From NCBI GenBank assembly GCA_016699975.1, contig CP064994.1, positions 647,828 through 711,827 of the forward strand: a DNA stretch of 64,000 bases. The letters are read 5' to 3'. The notes beneath the pieces were generated by a model. That model did not search any database. It worked only from the letters and a program-made list of their open reading frames with translations, and was not told where the DNA came from. Source of the stretch: Candidatus Moraniibacteriota bacterium. Lineage in GTDB: Bacteria > Patescibacteriota > Minisyncoccia > Moranbacterales > UBA1568. Shown here piece after piece: positions 28,530 to 36,892 of this stretch (within the stretch, counting starts at the first letter, position 1; every line of letters starts with the position of its first letter). Position numbers and translations under genes: made by a program.

Positions 28530-30196
28530 TTATTTTCGACTCGAGCGCGCAATGCTCGCCAGAAGGAAGGCTCGAAACAATGGGTGTGGCGAAAACGGCG
28601 TTGAACAAAATTCGGGGTGAAACTGCGTTCCTACGAAAAACGGATGCGCTTCCTGAGAAAGCTCCACGATTTCCATGAGTCGCTTGTCGGGCGATGTCCC
28701 TGAGAAAATGAGTCCCGCCTTCTCAAGCTGCTCAACGTAATCCGGATTTACTTCATAGCGGTGGCGGTGCCGTTCGGAAATTTCTTTTTTCCCATATGCC
28801 GCATGTGCAATCGTATCATTTTGAGGAGCGCGGGAAATAACCCAAGACGCATGGTGGCACCATACTCTTTTTTTGCGAGGCGCGCCTTCTGCTCTGGGAG
28901 AAGATCGATAACGGGATGCAAAGTCTGAGGATCAATTTCTACCGTATTTGCTCCCGAAAGGCGCGCCACATGACGCGCATACTCAATAACGGCAAGCTGC
29001 ATTCCATAGCACAATCCAAAGTACGGGAGACGTTCTTCGCGACAAAACCGAATGGCCGAAATTTTTCCCTCTATTCCTCGCGAACCAAACCCTCCCGGAA
29101 TAAGGATTCCATGAAAGTTCCGCAGGGACCGAAGCGATTCTTTCTTTTTTTCATACTCTTCACTGTCGAGCCAGGTGAGAATCGGTTTTCGATTGAGCGC
29201 GTACGCGGCATGCTTCATCGCCTCAATCACGCTTATATAAACATCCGAAAGAACAAAATCGCCGGTCTTGAAATACTTGCCGACAACGCCAATCTCCACA
29301 GTTTTTTCGAGGCGCCTGATTCGTTCCGAAAGTCCCTCCCATTTTTTCATGTCTCTTTTTTTGGGACGAAGATTCAACTTTTTGAGAAGAATTGAACTCA
29401 AGTTATCCTTCTCAAAATTGACCGGGACATCATAAATACTCTCGACATCCGGCGCACTAATGACATCCTCCTTTCTTACATTACAAAAAGTGGCAATTTT
29501 CTCTTTGCGCTTTTCATCGAGCGAGTGATCACTGCGCGCAATAATAATGTCCGGCTGAATACCGGCGCTATTTAGTGTCCGGGCGGCATATTGAGTCGGC
29601 TTGGTTTTCATTTCACCAACTTTGTTGGGAACCGGAAGATAGCTGACAAGAATGAAAGCGACGCGTCCCGGATACCGAATATTCATCATGCGCGCCGCCT
29701 CCAGAAAAAGAATATTTTGATACTCCCCGATCGTGCCACCGATTTCGATAATCGCAATGTCGGCATCACTTTTTCTCGCGGCGCGCTCTATTCGAGTGAT
29801 CACCTCAAGCGGAATATGAGGCACCACCTCGACACACTGCCCGTGATACTCGAGATTCCGTTCCCGCGTAATAACCGATTGATACACACTTCCCGTCGTC
29901 ATGTAGTGATCCCGAGAAAGACTTTTTTCCAAAAATCGTTCATAGTTCCCCATATCCTGATCCGTTTCATACCCGTCCTCGAGAACGAATACTTCACCGT
30001 GCTCAGTCGGATTCATGGTGCCCGCATCAACATTGATATATGGATCGATTTTGAGGGCCGTCACTTCGAACCCGCGCGATTCGAGAAGCGAGCCGATGGA
30101 AGAGGTGGCAATTCCTTTTCCCACCCCGCTCATCACTCCTCCCACAACAAATATGAATCGCGTTTCTTTCTTTTTCGATTTTTTTATTCGCGCCAT
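28530..30196 (-). CDS. pyrG: CTP synthase, with a single frameshift near 28818-28826 (T4/A4 run)
   Basis: N-terminal synthetase domain ([13 protein letters not shown]) and GATase domain ([15 protein letters not shown]). The ORF-track product stops at 482 aa. The canonical C-terminus [23 protein letters not shown]...VGTQFHPEF is read in the +1 frame down to a TAA near 28530. Confidence 0.85.
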
Positions 30197-30315
30197 ACGA
30201 AAGGGAAAAACGACAAATTACGAAACGAACGATGAGAGTTTCAACTCAGTTTCTCGCAAAGACAAAGAGCCCCACATCGGCGGGACTCTCCTTCTGGTGG
30301 AAAAGTGCACGTTTC

Positions 30316-30762
30316 TTATTCTCCCTTCAAGACTACCACAAACGGGACAAGAATGCCATGCCCGAAATCCGCTTCGAGTTCGTGCGTTCCAAGCTTTTTG
30401 AGAGGTTTTTCCAAGAGAATATATTCTTCCGCAATAACAACACCGTCTTTCGCGAGCGCTTTCACGATGTCTTTTGACGTGACGGAGCCAAACATGATGC
30501 CGTCCTTTTCTTTCACGCCGATTCTCACTTCGCGTTCTCGCAGTGCCTGGGCCTCTTCCGTCAACTTCGAACGCTCCTCCTGTGCTTTTTTCTCCTCTCG
30601 TTTTCGAGTTGACTCGGCGCGAAGAAGAGCTTCCTTCGTTCCGGGTTCGGCAATACGTTTTGGAAACAGAAAATTGCGCGCATACCCGCCGGAAACAGTT
30701 TTCACTTCCCCCTTTTTGGCAACTCCCGCCACCGTTTCGAGAAATACGACCGATGTTTGCAT
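30316..30762 (-). CDS. rplI: 50S ribosomal protein L9
   Basis: MQTSVVFLETVAGVAKKGEVKTVSGGYARNFLFPKRIA matches the bL9 N-terminal domain; the length is appropriate. Confidence 0.85.
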   Translation of the reverse strand: MQTSVVFLETVAGVAKKGEVKTVSGGYARNFLFPKRIAEPGTKEALLRAESTRKREEKKAQEERSKLTEEAQALREREVRIGVKEKDGIMFGSVTSKDIVKALAKDGVVIAEEYILLEKPLKKLGTHELEADFGHGILVPFVVVLKGE

Positions 30763-30877
30763 AATGCCTAGTGTCTATCGAATTATAAAACAGGGAATCC
30801 TTCGAAAATTCATCCCGACTCCAATTGAACGCACCGTTTTCCCAAAAAGAGGAAAGGGAGCCGAGGGAAGCTTCTCA

Positions 30878-30954
30878 GTGGACAATGCTGGACTCGAACC
30901 AGCGACCCCTGCAATGTGAATGCAGTGCTCTAACCAACTGAGCTAATTGTCCAC
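30878..30954 (-). tRNA. tRNA-Val (anticodon CAC)
   Basis: Cloverleaf folded by hand from the reverse-complement GTGGACAATTAGCTCAGTTGGTTAGAGCACTGCATTCACATTGCAGGGGTCGCTGGTTCGAGTCCAGCATTGTCCAC. Acceptor stem is 7 bp; the anticodon loop TTCACAT gives anticodon CAC. No CCA is encoded. Confidence 0.75.
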
Positions 30955-31313
30955 GAACGGACAGACGATCCGACTTCTTCTCAATCGGAGCTATCTTACC
31001 AGGGAATCCCCTGTGTGGCAACTCCTATTTCCCCCGTCCCACTCCTTCCTACAGACTCATTGAGGAGGAGCATATTCAAAACAAAGAGAGCAATAAAAAT
31101 AGGCTCACTCTATTCTCAGAGCAAGAACTGCAGAAGCGAAATACTGAAAATCTCAACTCATGAAACAGATACGCGAGAGACTCAAGAGAAGAAAGATCTC
31201 GCCTCCTTTGATTCGGACAGAGCGACTGATTCTGCCTCTTCATGAGAAGGAGTCCGCAGAAAAATATGAGCGAGCTTCGAAGTGAAATTTCGAGAGGAAT
31301 GCCATTTGCTTTG

Positions 31314-31760
31314 TTACTTCTTACTCTCGTACTGCTTCAGATTACCGAAATCTCCGAACAAACAAATCGGATCCATGGCTTCGATCTCATCCATATACGA
31401 GAGTCCCACCGGCATATCGTTCAGAAAAAATATTTTTTTGTAATGAACATATGCTTGTCCCATTTCTATAAGCACATTTCCACCAATATAATTTTTTATG
31501 CCATGTTTTTCACTATTCACAATGAGTACGGCATCGCTTTCACAAATATGTTTGTAGTGCTCATGGAGATAATTATTTTCTCGTTTCAATGCAGCCCTTT
31601 CCCCATTTTGCCACCTTGCTACATGCTCTTGTTTCTCTCCTCGAACGAATGCTTCGTAGTGAGGATGTATCCAACTGTTATATCCCAAAGCGCGGAGTTT
31701 ATTTTTCACTTGAACCATCTCTTCCATGAAGCTCGTACTCCCTAACACATATATTTTCAT
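31314..31760 (-). CDS. nucleoside 2-deoxyribosyltransferase-like (Rossmann-like) protein
   Basis: MKIYVLGSTS...LIVNSEKHG...IGGNVLIEMGQAYVHYKKIFFL resembles the NDT / nucleoside-deoxyribosyltransferase-like family pattern. Confidence 0.45.
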   Translation of the reverse strand: MKIYVLGSTSFMEEMVQVKNKLRALGYNSWIHPHYEAFVRGEKQEHVARWQNGERAALKRENNYLHEHYKHICESDAVLIVNSEKHGIKNYIGGNVLIEMGQAYVHYKKIFFLNDMPVGLSYMDEIEAMDPICLFGDFGNLKQYESKK

Positions 31761-32245
31761 AATAAAGTGGTTTCATCTTACTTCTAATGAAGCTTACATG
31801 CGACTATGCGACACGCCTCTCAAGCCGTAGCTAAAGATACTCTCGGTGTATGGATGCTGAATGGGCGGCTCGCGGAAAAAGTCGTCTGCAAAATTTGCCG
31901 CATTCACCTCTTCCCAATCTCAGTGTATCAAAAGATAAAAAAATTGAGAAAAGAAAAACCCCGCACTCCCCTTCGGTATAATGCGGGGCTCAAAGGACTT
32001 GGTATTATATTAAAGAGTTTAAAAAAACTATCCCAATTCTTCCGTCCCTCGCATTCTCCCCCAAAACCCGCACGAAAGCCTCAGTGATTTGAAAGAGAAT
32101 TATCCCTCAATTAATTAATGAGAGTTTCGTTTAGTCTGACAGAAAACGAATAAATAATTTTTAGTAGGAATAGAAGAAGTAATAAACCTCCCTGCGCTCT
32201 TGGCACAGGGTATATGTGGTATGAACTAGAACAAGCTAAAATAAA

Positions 32246-32282
32246 AGACCCGCGTAATCATCCTCAGAAGATCTACGCGGGT
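32246..32282. other. 10-bp perfect-stem hairpin (GACCCGCGTA-N17-TACGCGGGTC) in an ORF-free region
   Basis: Read directly from the sequence. No T-tract follows, so it is not a canonical terminator. Confidence 0.4.
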
Positions 32283-32768
32283 CGAGGATGCGTCACTACT
32301 GTGAACACTGCTCATGCATGGAAGTGTCTTTCTGATAAAAGAACTGAAAGGCTAGCAGGAGTGAGGATAGCTATTAAGTAAATAGTTTTTGTAAAGCAGA
32401 GTCTTGTATCACTGCGTGACTTCCTCCATAGACGATAAAAATTCTTTTATGAATCTTTTTCGCTTCTGCTATGTCACTGACAATCTTTCTGTCACAAAAG
32501 TAAGTTGAGGGTGCACCAATACGATTCACGATGGTTTATTTTTCCCTTTTTCCTTCCCAGGGTATGGGATCAATATGATCTTTAACTTTTGAATCATTAA
32601 GAGTAAGGCTCCCCGTCCCCTGATTTCAGTTCAAAAAAACATGAGGAACTGAATGTTTCGTACGGCTCTATTCTTCCGCCGCGACATGATGCTCGACAAG
32701 ACGGGCTCAAGTGACCCCTGCTTTCTTTCCACTGGTGTAAACTTTGGCTCGTGCTCCAGTGTCTATAT

Positions 32769-33036
32769 TTTGTGGTGTTTGTTTGAAAAAGTTAGAACCC
32801 ATTTCGAGCAGAACCCTGATTGACTTCGCACGCGCGGAGCGCGTGGTGGCTCTATACTGCATTGTACGCTCCGATTGCGTGGTGATGCGAACTAATGCGC
32901 CTCGGACACGCTCGCGGACTCGCGTGTGCAAAAACCAAAAAATTTCCTTGCATTTTTCTCGCGTCTCCTCCCCCCACCCCTCCACCGCGAAGCGGAAAAA
33001 GAAATGGAAAGGAAATTTTTGGTTTTGCTTCGCCGT
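32769..33036. repeat. left copy of ~267-bp inverted repeat pair A
   Basis: Reverse-complement of 34644-34910. Differences are limited to one substitution and the length of a poly-C tract. Confidence 0.85.
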
Positions 33037-33323
33037 TTCAGTCTCCGAAAAGAGCAATCTTATTTTAACATTTTTGTTTGCTCTTTTCTCCACCCTCACG
33101 GCGACCGAGGCGCACCCATATCCGCGTTTGGTGGTAGCTCTAAACTTTATGGCTTCGACGGCGGACAGCGGTAACTCAATAAGTGGATTGTGCTCGGCAC
33201 AAACAAATCTGTATGTGCTTGCCCCGCCCACCCAGGCGCGCACAACAATCTCCACCGTTTTTAGGAAAAATTATAAAACGGCGGGGATTGCTCCCTAGAA
33301 TCAAAGAACTCGATTTCGAATTC

Positions 33324-33626
33324 CTATTTTGTATCTTTCCAATTCCACCACTTCAATTTTTCAGGGTCTGGATTTTTACATTCAGCAAAATATACAGCAC
33401 AGCGAAATACATACAAGACACAGCGGTCAATATGTGCACCTCTTTGTCGTTCCAAATTCTTGTACAACGTCTCTGGATTTTTCCCGACTAAATTAGAGAC
33501 GGAAAGTATTCCGAGGTCATTCAAATCTTTAGACAATGACGGCCCAACGCCTGGTATTGTCTGGAGATTTTTATTGCCCACCCTCTTAATTTTCTTTTGG
33601 TTGGGAAAACGCGAGTACATAGCCAT
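33324..33626 (-). CDS. TfoX C-terminal-domain-like helix-hairpin-helix protein
   Basis: LQTIPGVGPSLSKDLNDLGILSVSNLVGKNPETLYKNL is the TfoX_C / HhH DNA-binding pattern. An internal Met was chosen as the start. Confidence 0.5.
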   Translation of the reverse strand: MAMYSRFPNQKKIKRVGNKNLQTIPGVGPSLSKDLNDLGILSVSNLVGKNPETLYKNLERQRGAHIDRCVLYVFRCAVYFAECKNPDPEKLKWWNWKDTK

Positions 33627-33963
33627 TGCAGTCTTTGATTGCAAACTCTTGTGAACCATAAAAAGTAGTGTGCATCTTTTGAACAATCTCCGTTTTGTCC
33701 TTCAAGTTATTGTGGAGTTCTTGGATATCTTCTACTTCGATGTATAGCGTGAACGAACCACCAATAGGAACACCTTTAAGTATCGCAGTTTCTTCTTCCA
33801 ATGAGGCACGAAGTTGAAACATAAATCTCCGCTTCACAGGCTCGTGATTTTGAAGGATTTTTTGTGTATGGAATTTTGACGATTTCCTGAGCACCAAGAG
33901 CTTTTGTAACTCAAGTGTTGCGTCAACATCTTCAACCATTAAGTTTGTGGTAAGTTTTTTCAT
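33586..33963 (-). CDS. VOC/glyoxalase-bleomycin-resistance-fold protein
   Basis: TTNLMVEDVD...YIEVEDIQELH...EFAIKDCNGYVL matches the paired beta-alpha-beta-beta-beta modules of VOC proteins. Confidence 0.5.
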   Translation of the reverse strand: MKKLTTNLMVEDVDATLELQKLLVLRKSSKFHTQKILQNHEPVKRRFMFQLRASLEEETAILKGVPIGGSFTLYIEVEDIQELHNNLKDKTEIVQKMHTTFYGSQEFAIKDCNGYVLAFSQPKEN

Positions 33964-34011
33964 AGGTTAATCTTAGCAAATTTATGGTCAATCACAAAAA
34001 AATTGAGAATC

Positions 34012-34344
34012 TTATTTTCTCAGTTTTTTCTTTTTTGGCGGCAATATGTTTTCGGCAGTAATACGAATTAATTCACTCAACCATTCGCGGTCTTCAATCC
34101 GATCTTCGTCAATCTCCATTGACGGCTTGGCACCTGGATAAGGGATTCCTTCCTTGTAAAATTTACTAACAAATTCTTTTCCAGCATCAGTGATTTTTAT
34201 GAAAAGAATATCATCACAAATCACGCCGACAACTTTGTTGTTGCAATATAGCGCATACTCACCAAACATTTTTCGAGCTGAAACATTACCGATTGATATC
34301 AGTTGGTCTTGAATATAATCAATAGTTGATTGTTTTGTTGCCAT
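34012..34344 (-). CDS. TfoX N-terminal-domain protein
   Basis: RKMFGEYALYCNNKVVGVICDDILFIKI matches the TfoX_N core. Confidence 0.55.
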   Translation of the reverse strand: MATKQSTIDYIQDQLISIGNVSARKMFGEYALYCNNKVVGVICDDILFIKITDAGKEFVSKFYKEGIPYPGAKPSMEIDEDRIEDREWLSELIRITAENILPPKKKKLRK

Positions 34345-34364
34345 AATTGTTCACTTGATTAGAT

Positions 34365-34571
34365 TTATTTCAACAGTTCATCTACCGAAACACCGAGAGC
34401 TTTGGCGATTCGCTCAATCGTTGAAAGTGTCGGATTTTGTTTCCCCGATTCGATAGTGCTGATATACGCACGGTCAACGCCAAGCTCTCGGCATATATCG
34501 CCCTGCGACATATGCTTTCGTGCTCTGATTTTCTTCATATTTGCGGCAAGTTTTTTCGATGTTTCGGACAT
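34365..34571 (-). CDS. XRE-family helix-turn-helix transcriptional regulator (68 aa)
   Basis: MSQGDICRELGVDRAYISTIESGKQNPTLSTIERIAKALGVSVDELL is the classic Cro/C1 HTH. The rest of the 233-aa ORF-track entry lies inside repeat A. Confidence 0.7.
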   Translation of the reverse strand: MSETSKKLAANMKKIRARKHMSQGDICRELGVDRAYISTIESGKQNPTLSTIERIAKALGVSVDELLK

Positions 34572-34643
34572 AGTGATATTTGAAGTATAACCAATGTTGT
34601 GTCTTGACTCAATGGTGTGATAAAATACAATATATCTATGACT

Positions 34644-34910
34644 ACGGCGAAGCAAAACCAAAAATTTCCTTTCCATTTCTTTTTCCGCTTCGCGGTGGAG
34701 GGGGGGGGAGGAGACGCGAGAAAAATGCAAGGAAATTTTTTGGTTTTTGCACACGCGAGTCCGCGAGCGTGTCCGAGGCGCATTAGTTCGCATCACCACG
34801 CAATCGGAGCGTACAATGCAGTATAGAGCCACCACGCGCTCCGCGCGTGCGAAGTCAGTCAGGGTTCTGCTCGAAATGGGTTCTAACTTTTTCAAACAAA
34901 CACCACCAAA
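34644..34910. repeat. right copy of inverted repeat pair A
   Basis: Reverse-complement of 32769-33036. Confidence 0.85.
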
Positions 34911-35035
34911 TTTGATTTGCATCAGAATTGACCGCGCCCGCGCCAAAGGCGCGGGCTTGGGCTGGCATTTCCGCCAAGAAATTCCAAGGGGTTTTAAATT
35001 CCGCCAAAAGCATTCCCGCCGAAAGTCGGCGGTTC
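34904..35035. repeat. left copy of 132-bp inverted repeat pair B; abuts repeat A
   Basis: Reverse-complement of 36514-36645. Begins with CCACCAAATTTG. Confidence 0.85.
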
Positions 35036-35139
35036 CACAAGCTAACGCTTGTTCTGTGCTTCGCACAGAAGCCGATGCGGAGAGATTACAAATTATCGGT
35101 GTAATGCAAAACCTTTTATCAATTTAATTCCCGAAGCTC

Positions 35140-36204
35140 ATGATCAAATATTTTATATATTGTAGAAAATCTAGTGAGGATGAAGAACGCCAAGTTTTGA
35201 GTATTGAGGCACAACTTCATGAGCTTCGGGAATACGCCAAGCAAAATGGTTTGTTTGTTGTTCGTGAGTATTATGAAAGTAAAACTGCCAAAGAGCCTGG
35301 TCGTGAAGTATTTAACGAAATGCTTGGCGAAATTGAAAAAGGTTCTGCACAGGGAATTTTAGCGTGGAATCCAGACCGTTTGGCGAGAAATAGCATTGAT
35401 GGTGGCAAGGTCATCTATTTTGTGGACACGCTAAAAATCGTTGCGCTCAAATGCCCGACATTTTGGTTCGAAGCGACACCGCAAGCACAAATTATGTTGA
35501 GTGTCGCTTTCGGACAGGCAAAATATTACACCGATAATTTAAGAGAAAACATTTTGCGTGGAATACGGCAAAAGATACGCCGTGGTGAATTATCGGCAAA
35601 AGCTCCAATCGGTTATTTTAACGAACCGAGACTTCGCACGATTGAACCTGACAAAAAAACATTTCGTAAAGTAAAGGAGTGTTTGGAGGCTTTTGCTTCT
35701 GGGCAATATACGCTCACTGGTATTCAGCGCAAAATGTTTTCTGTCGGCTTGGTTGGCAAGACCGGCAAACCACTGCACCTCGCCAGTATTGAACATATTT
35801 TGACTAATCCTTTTTATTACGGACATTTTCAATATCGTGGCGAGGTGCATGTGGGTTCGCATAAGCCAATGATTGCAAAGAAACTTTTTGACGAGATACA
35901 AATAGCACTTGTTCAGAATGGTAAGCCCCGCAAAAAGCGAGGACCAAAGAATTTTCAGTTTTTAGGTTTTGCTACTTGTGGGGTATGTGGATATGCCATA
36001 ACCGCCGAGCGACACATCAAGAAAAGTGGTTTGAAATTTATATACTATCGTTGCACCCACAAGAGCAAAACTATTTCGTGTACTGAAAATCGCTTTTTGC
36101 GGGAGGAAGTTTTAACCGAGCAAGTGAAAAATCTCTGTCAAAAAGTTTCTTTGCCCGATGAGTGGCGGGAAAATATCTTGCTCGTCTTGAAAGCGAGCAA
36201 GTGA
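35140..36204 (+). CDS. large serine recombinase (resolvase catalytic domain + recombinase domain + zinc ribbon), N-terminal 354 aa
   Basis: [19 protein letters not shown] contains the catalytic Ser. A recombinase domain follows, then [13 protein letters not shown]...YYRCTHK as the zinc ribbon. Confidence 0.8.
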   Translation: MIKYFIYCRKSSEDEERQVLSIEAQLHELREYAKQNGLFVVREYYESKTAKEPGREVFNEMLGEIEKGSAQGILAWNPDRLARNSIDGGKVIYFVDTLKIVALKCPTFWFEATPQAQIMLSVAFGQAKYYTDNLRENILRGIRQKIRRGELSAKAPIGYFNEPRLRTIEPDKKTFRKVKECLEAFASGQYTLTGIQRKMFSVGLVGKTGKPLHLASIEHILTNPFYYGHFQYRGEVHVGSHKPMIAKKLFDEIQIALVQNGKPRKKRGPKNFQFLGFATCGVCGYAITAERHIKKSGLKFIYYRCTHKSKTISCTENRFLREEVLTEQVKNLCQKVSLPDEWRENILLVLKASK

Positions 36205-36694
36205 ACTCCGCCAATCATCAGACCTTTTCGCTCAAAATCTCCGCAATAGTATTTCCGCCCTTAAAACACGCACAGAGCGACTGACAGACGCATATCTTGG
36301 CGAAGTGTTGGAACTTAGCGAGTATCAAGAAAATAAAAATGTTTTAATGGCGGAAAAGAAAACATTGGAGGAGAAATTATCGGATTTTGAGCGAAAAGGT
36401 AATCATTGGCTCGAACTCATGCGAAACTGGATTATTGAGGCCAACCAAGCCGAAAATCTCTCTAAACAAGAAAATCCCTCACGGATGAGAGATTTTCTTG
36501 TTTCCATCGGCTCGAACCGCCGACTTTCGGCGGGAATGCTTTTGGCGGAATTTAAAACCCCTTGGAATTTCTTGGCGGAAATGCCAGCCCAAGCCCGCGC
36601 CTTTGGCGCGGGCGCGGTCAATTCTGATGCAAATCAAATTTGGTGGACCTGGGGAGAATCGAACTCCCGACTCAGCAATGCGAATGCTGCGTAA
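36191..36694 (+). CDS. C-terminal coiled-coil segment of the same serine recombinase in the +1 frame (frameshift/disruption at ~36190-36205); distal part runs into repeat B
   Basis: The +1 frame opens at 36191 and reads [40 protein letters not shown], the typical C-terminal coiled coil of a large serine recombinase. Confidence 0.5.
   Translation, partial: KRASELRQSSDLFAQNLRNSISALKTRTERLTDAYLGEVLELSEYQENKNVLMAEKKTLEEKLSDFERKGNHWLELMRNWIIEANQAENLSKQENPSRMRDFLVSIGSNRRLSAGMLLAEFKTPWNFLAEMPAQARAFGAGAVNSDANQIWWTWGESNSRLSNANAA
36514..36645. repeat. right copy of inverted repeat pair B, ending at the tRNA-Ala 3' terminus
   Basis: Reverse-complement of 34904-35035. Its outer edge, TTTGGTGG, is the complement of the tRNA's CCACCA. 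Confidence 0.85.
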
Positions 36695-36714
36695 TACCAC
36701 TTTACTACAGGCCC
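36641..36714 (-). tRNA. tRNA-Ala (anticodon CGC), CCA encoded
   Basis: Reverse-complement GGGCCTGTAGTAAAGTGGTATTACGCAGCATTCGCATTGCTGAGTCGGGAGTTCGATTCTCCCCAGGTCCACCA. G3:U70 Ala identity pair present; anticodon loop TTCGCAT. Confidence 0.8.
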
Positions 36715-36892
36715 GCTTCCAAAGAATTGCATTCATCAAAAAAACAGCTCGTCCGTCCGAGCACTCCTCCCGCTTTCCTTTTCTTCGAATATAGCGGCAG
36801 TGTATCGATATTTCTTGAAAAATACAAGGGTTACTCCGCTTCCGAAGTAACCCCGCACCGCCCTTCTCTTCACCCTTTCGTCGTACAAAGTA

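Larger units (their letters stand above)
30955..36640. mobile_element. putative integrated/mobile island between tRNA-Val and the 3' end of tRNA-Ala (serine recombinase, nested inverted repeats, cargo genes)
   Basis: Bounded by two tRNAs. The recombinase gene sits next to the tRNA-Ala 3' end, whose terminal CCACCA is repeated at the internal repeat junctions. The left part is ORF-poor and AT-rich. Confidence 0.5.

Noticed and set aside
28748-30196. Truncated 482-aa CTP synthase lacking the end of the GATase domain
   Set aside because: The missing conserved C-terminus ([10 protein letters not shown]...QFHPEF) is present in another frame; this is a frameshift, not a truncation.
30878-30954. 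Alternative anticodon reading of the tRNA at 30878-30954 (e.g. Ile/Met)
   Set aside because: With a 5-bp anticodon stem CTGCA/TGCAG the 7-nt loop is TTCACAT, so positions 34-36 are CAC (Val). No CAT anticodon fits the fold.
32707-33298. 182/184-aa ORFs on both strands, and matching ORFs at 34617-35127
   Set aside because: They lie entirely inside inverted repeat pair A. Their apparent duplication is the repeat itself, and the translations are low-complexity (poly-Gly/Pro from poly-C/G tracts).
34365-35066. 233-aa minus-strand ORF as one protein
   Set aside because: Only the C-terminal 68 aa form a coherent XRE HTH protein. The upstream 165 aa are translation of repeats A and B.
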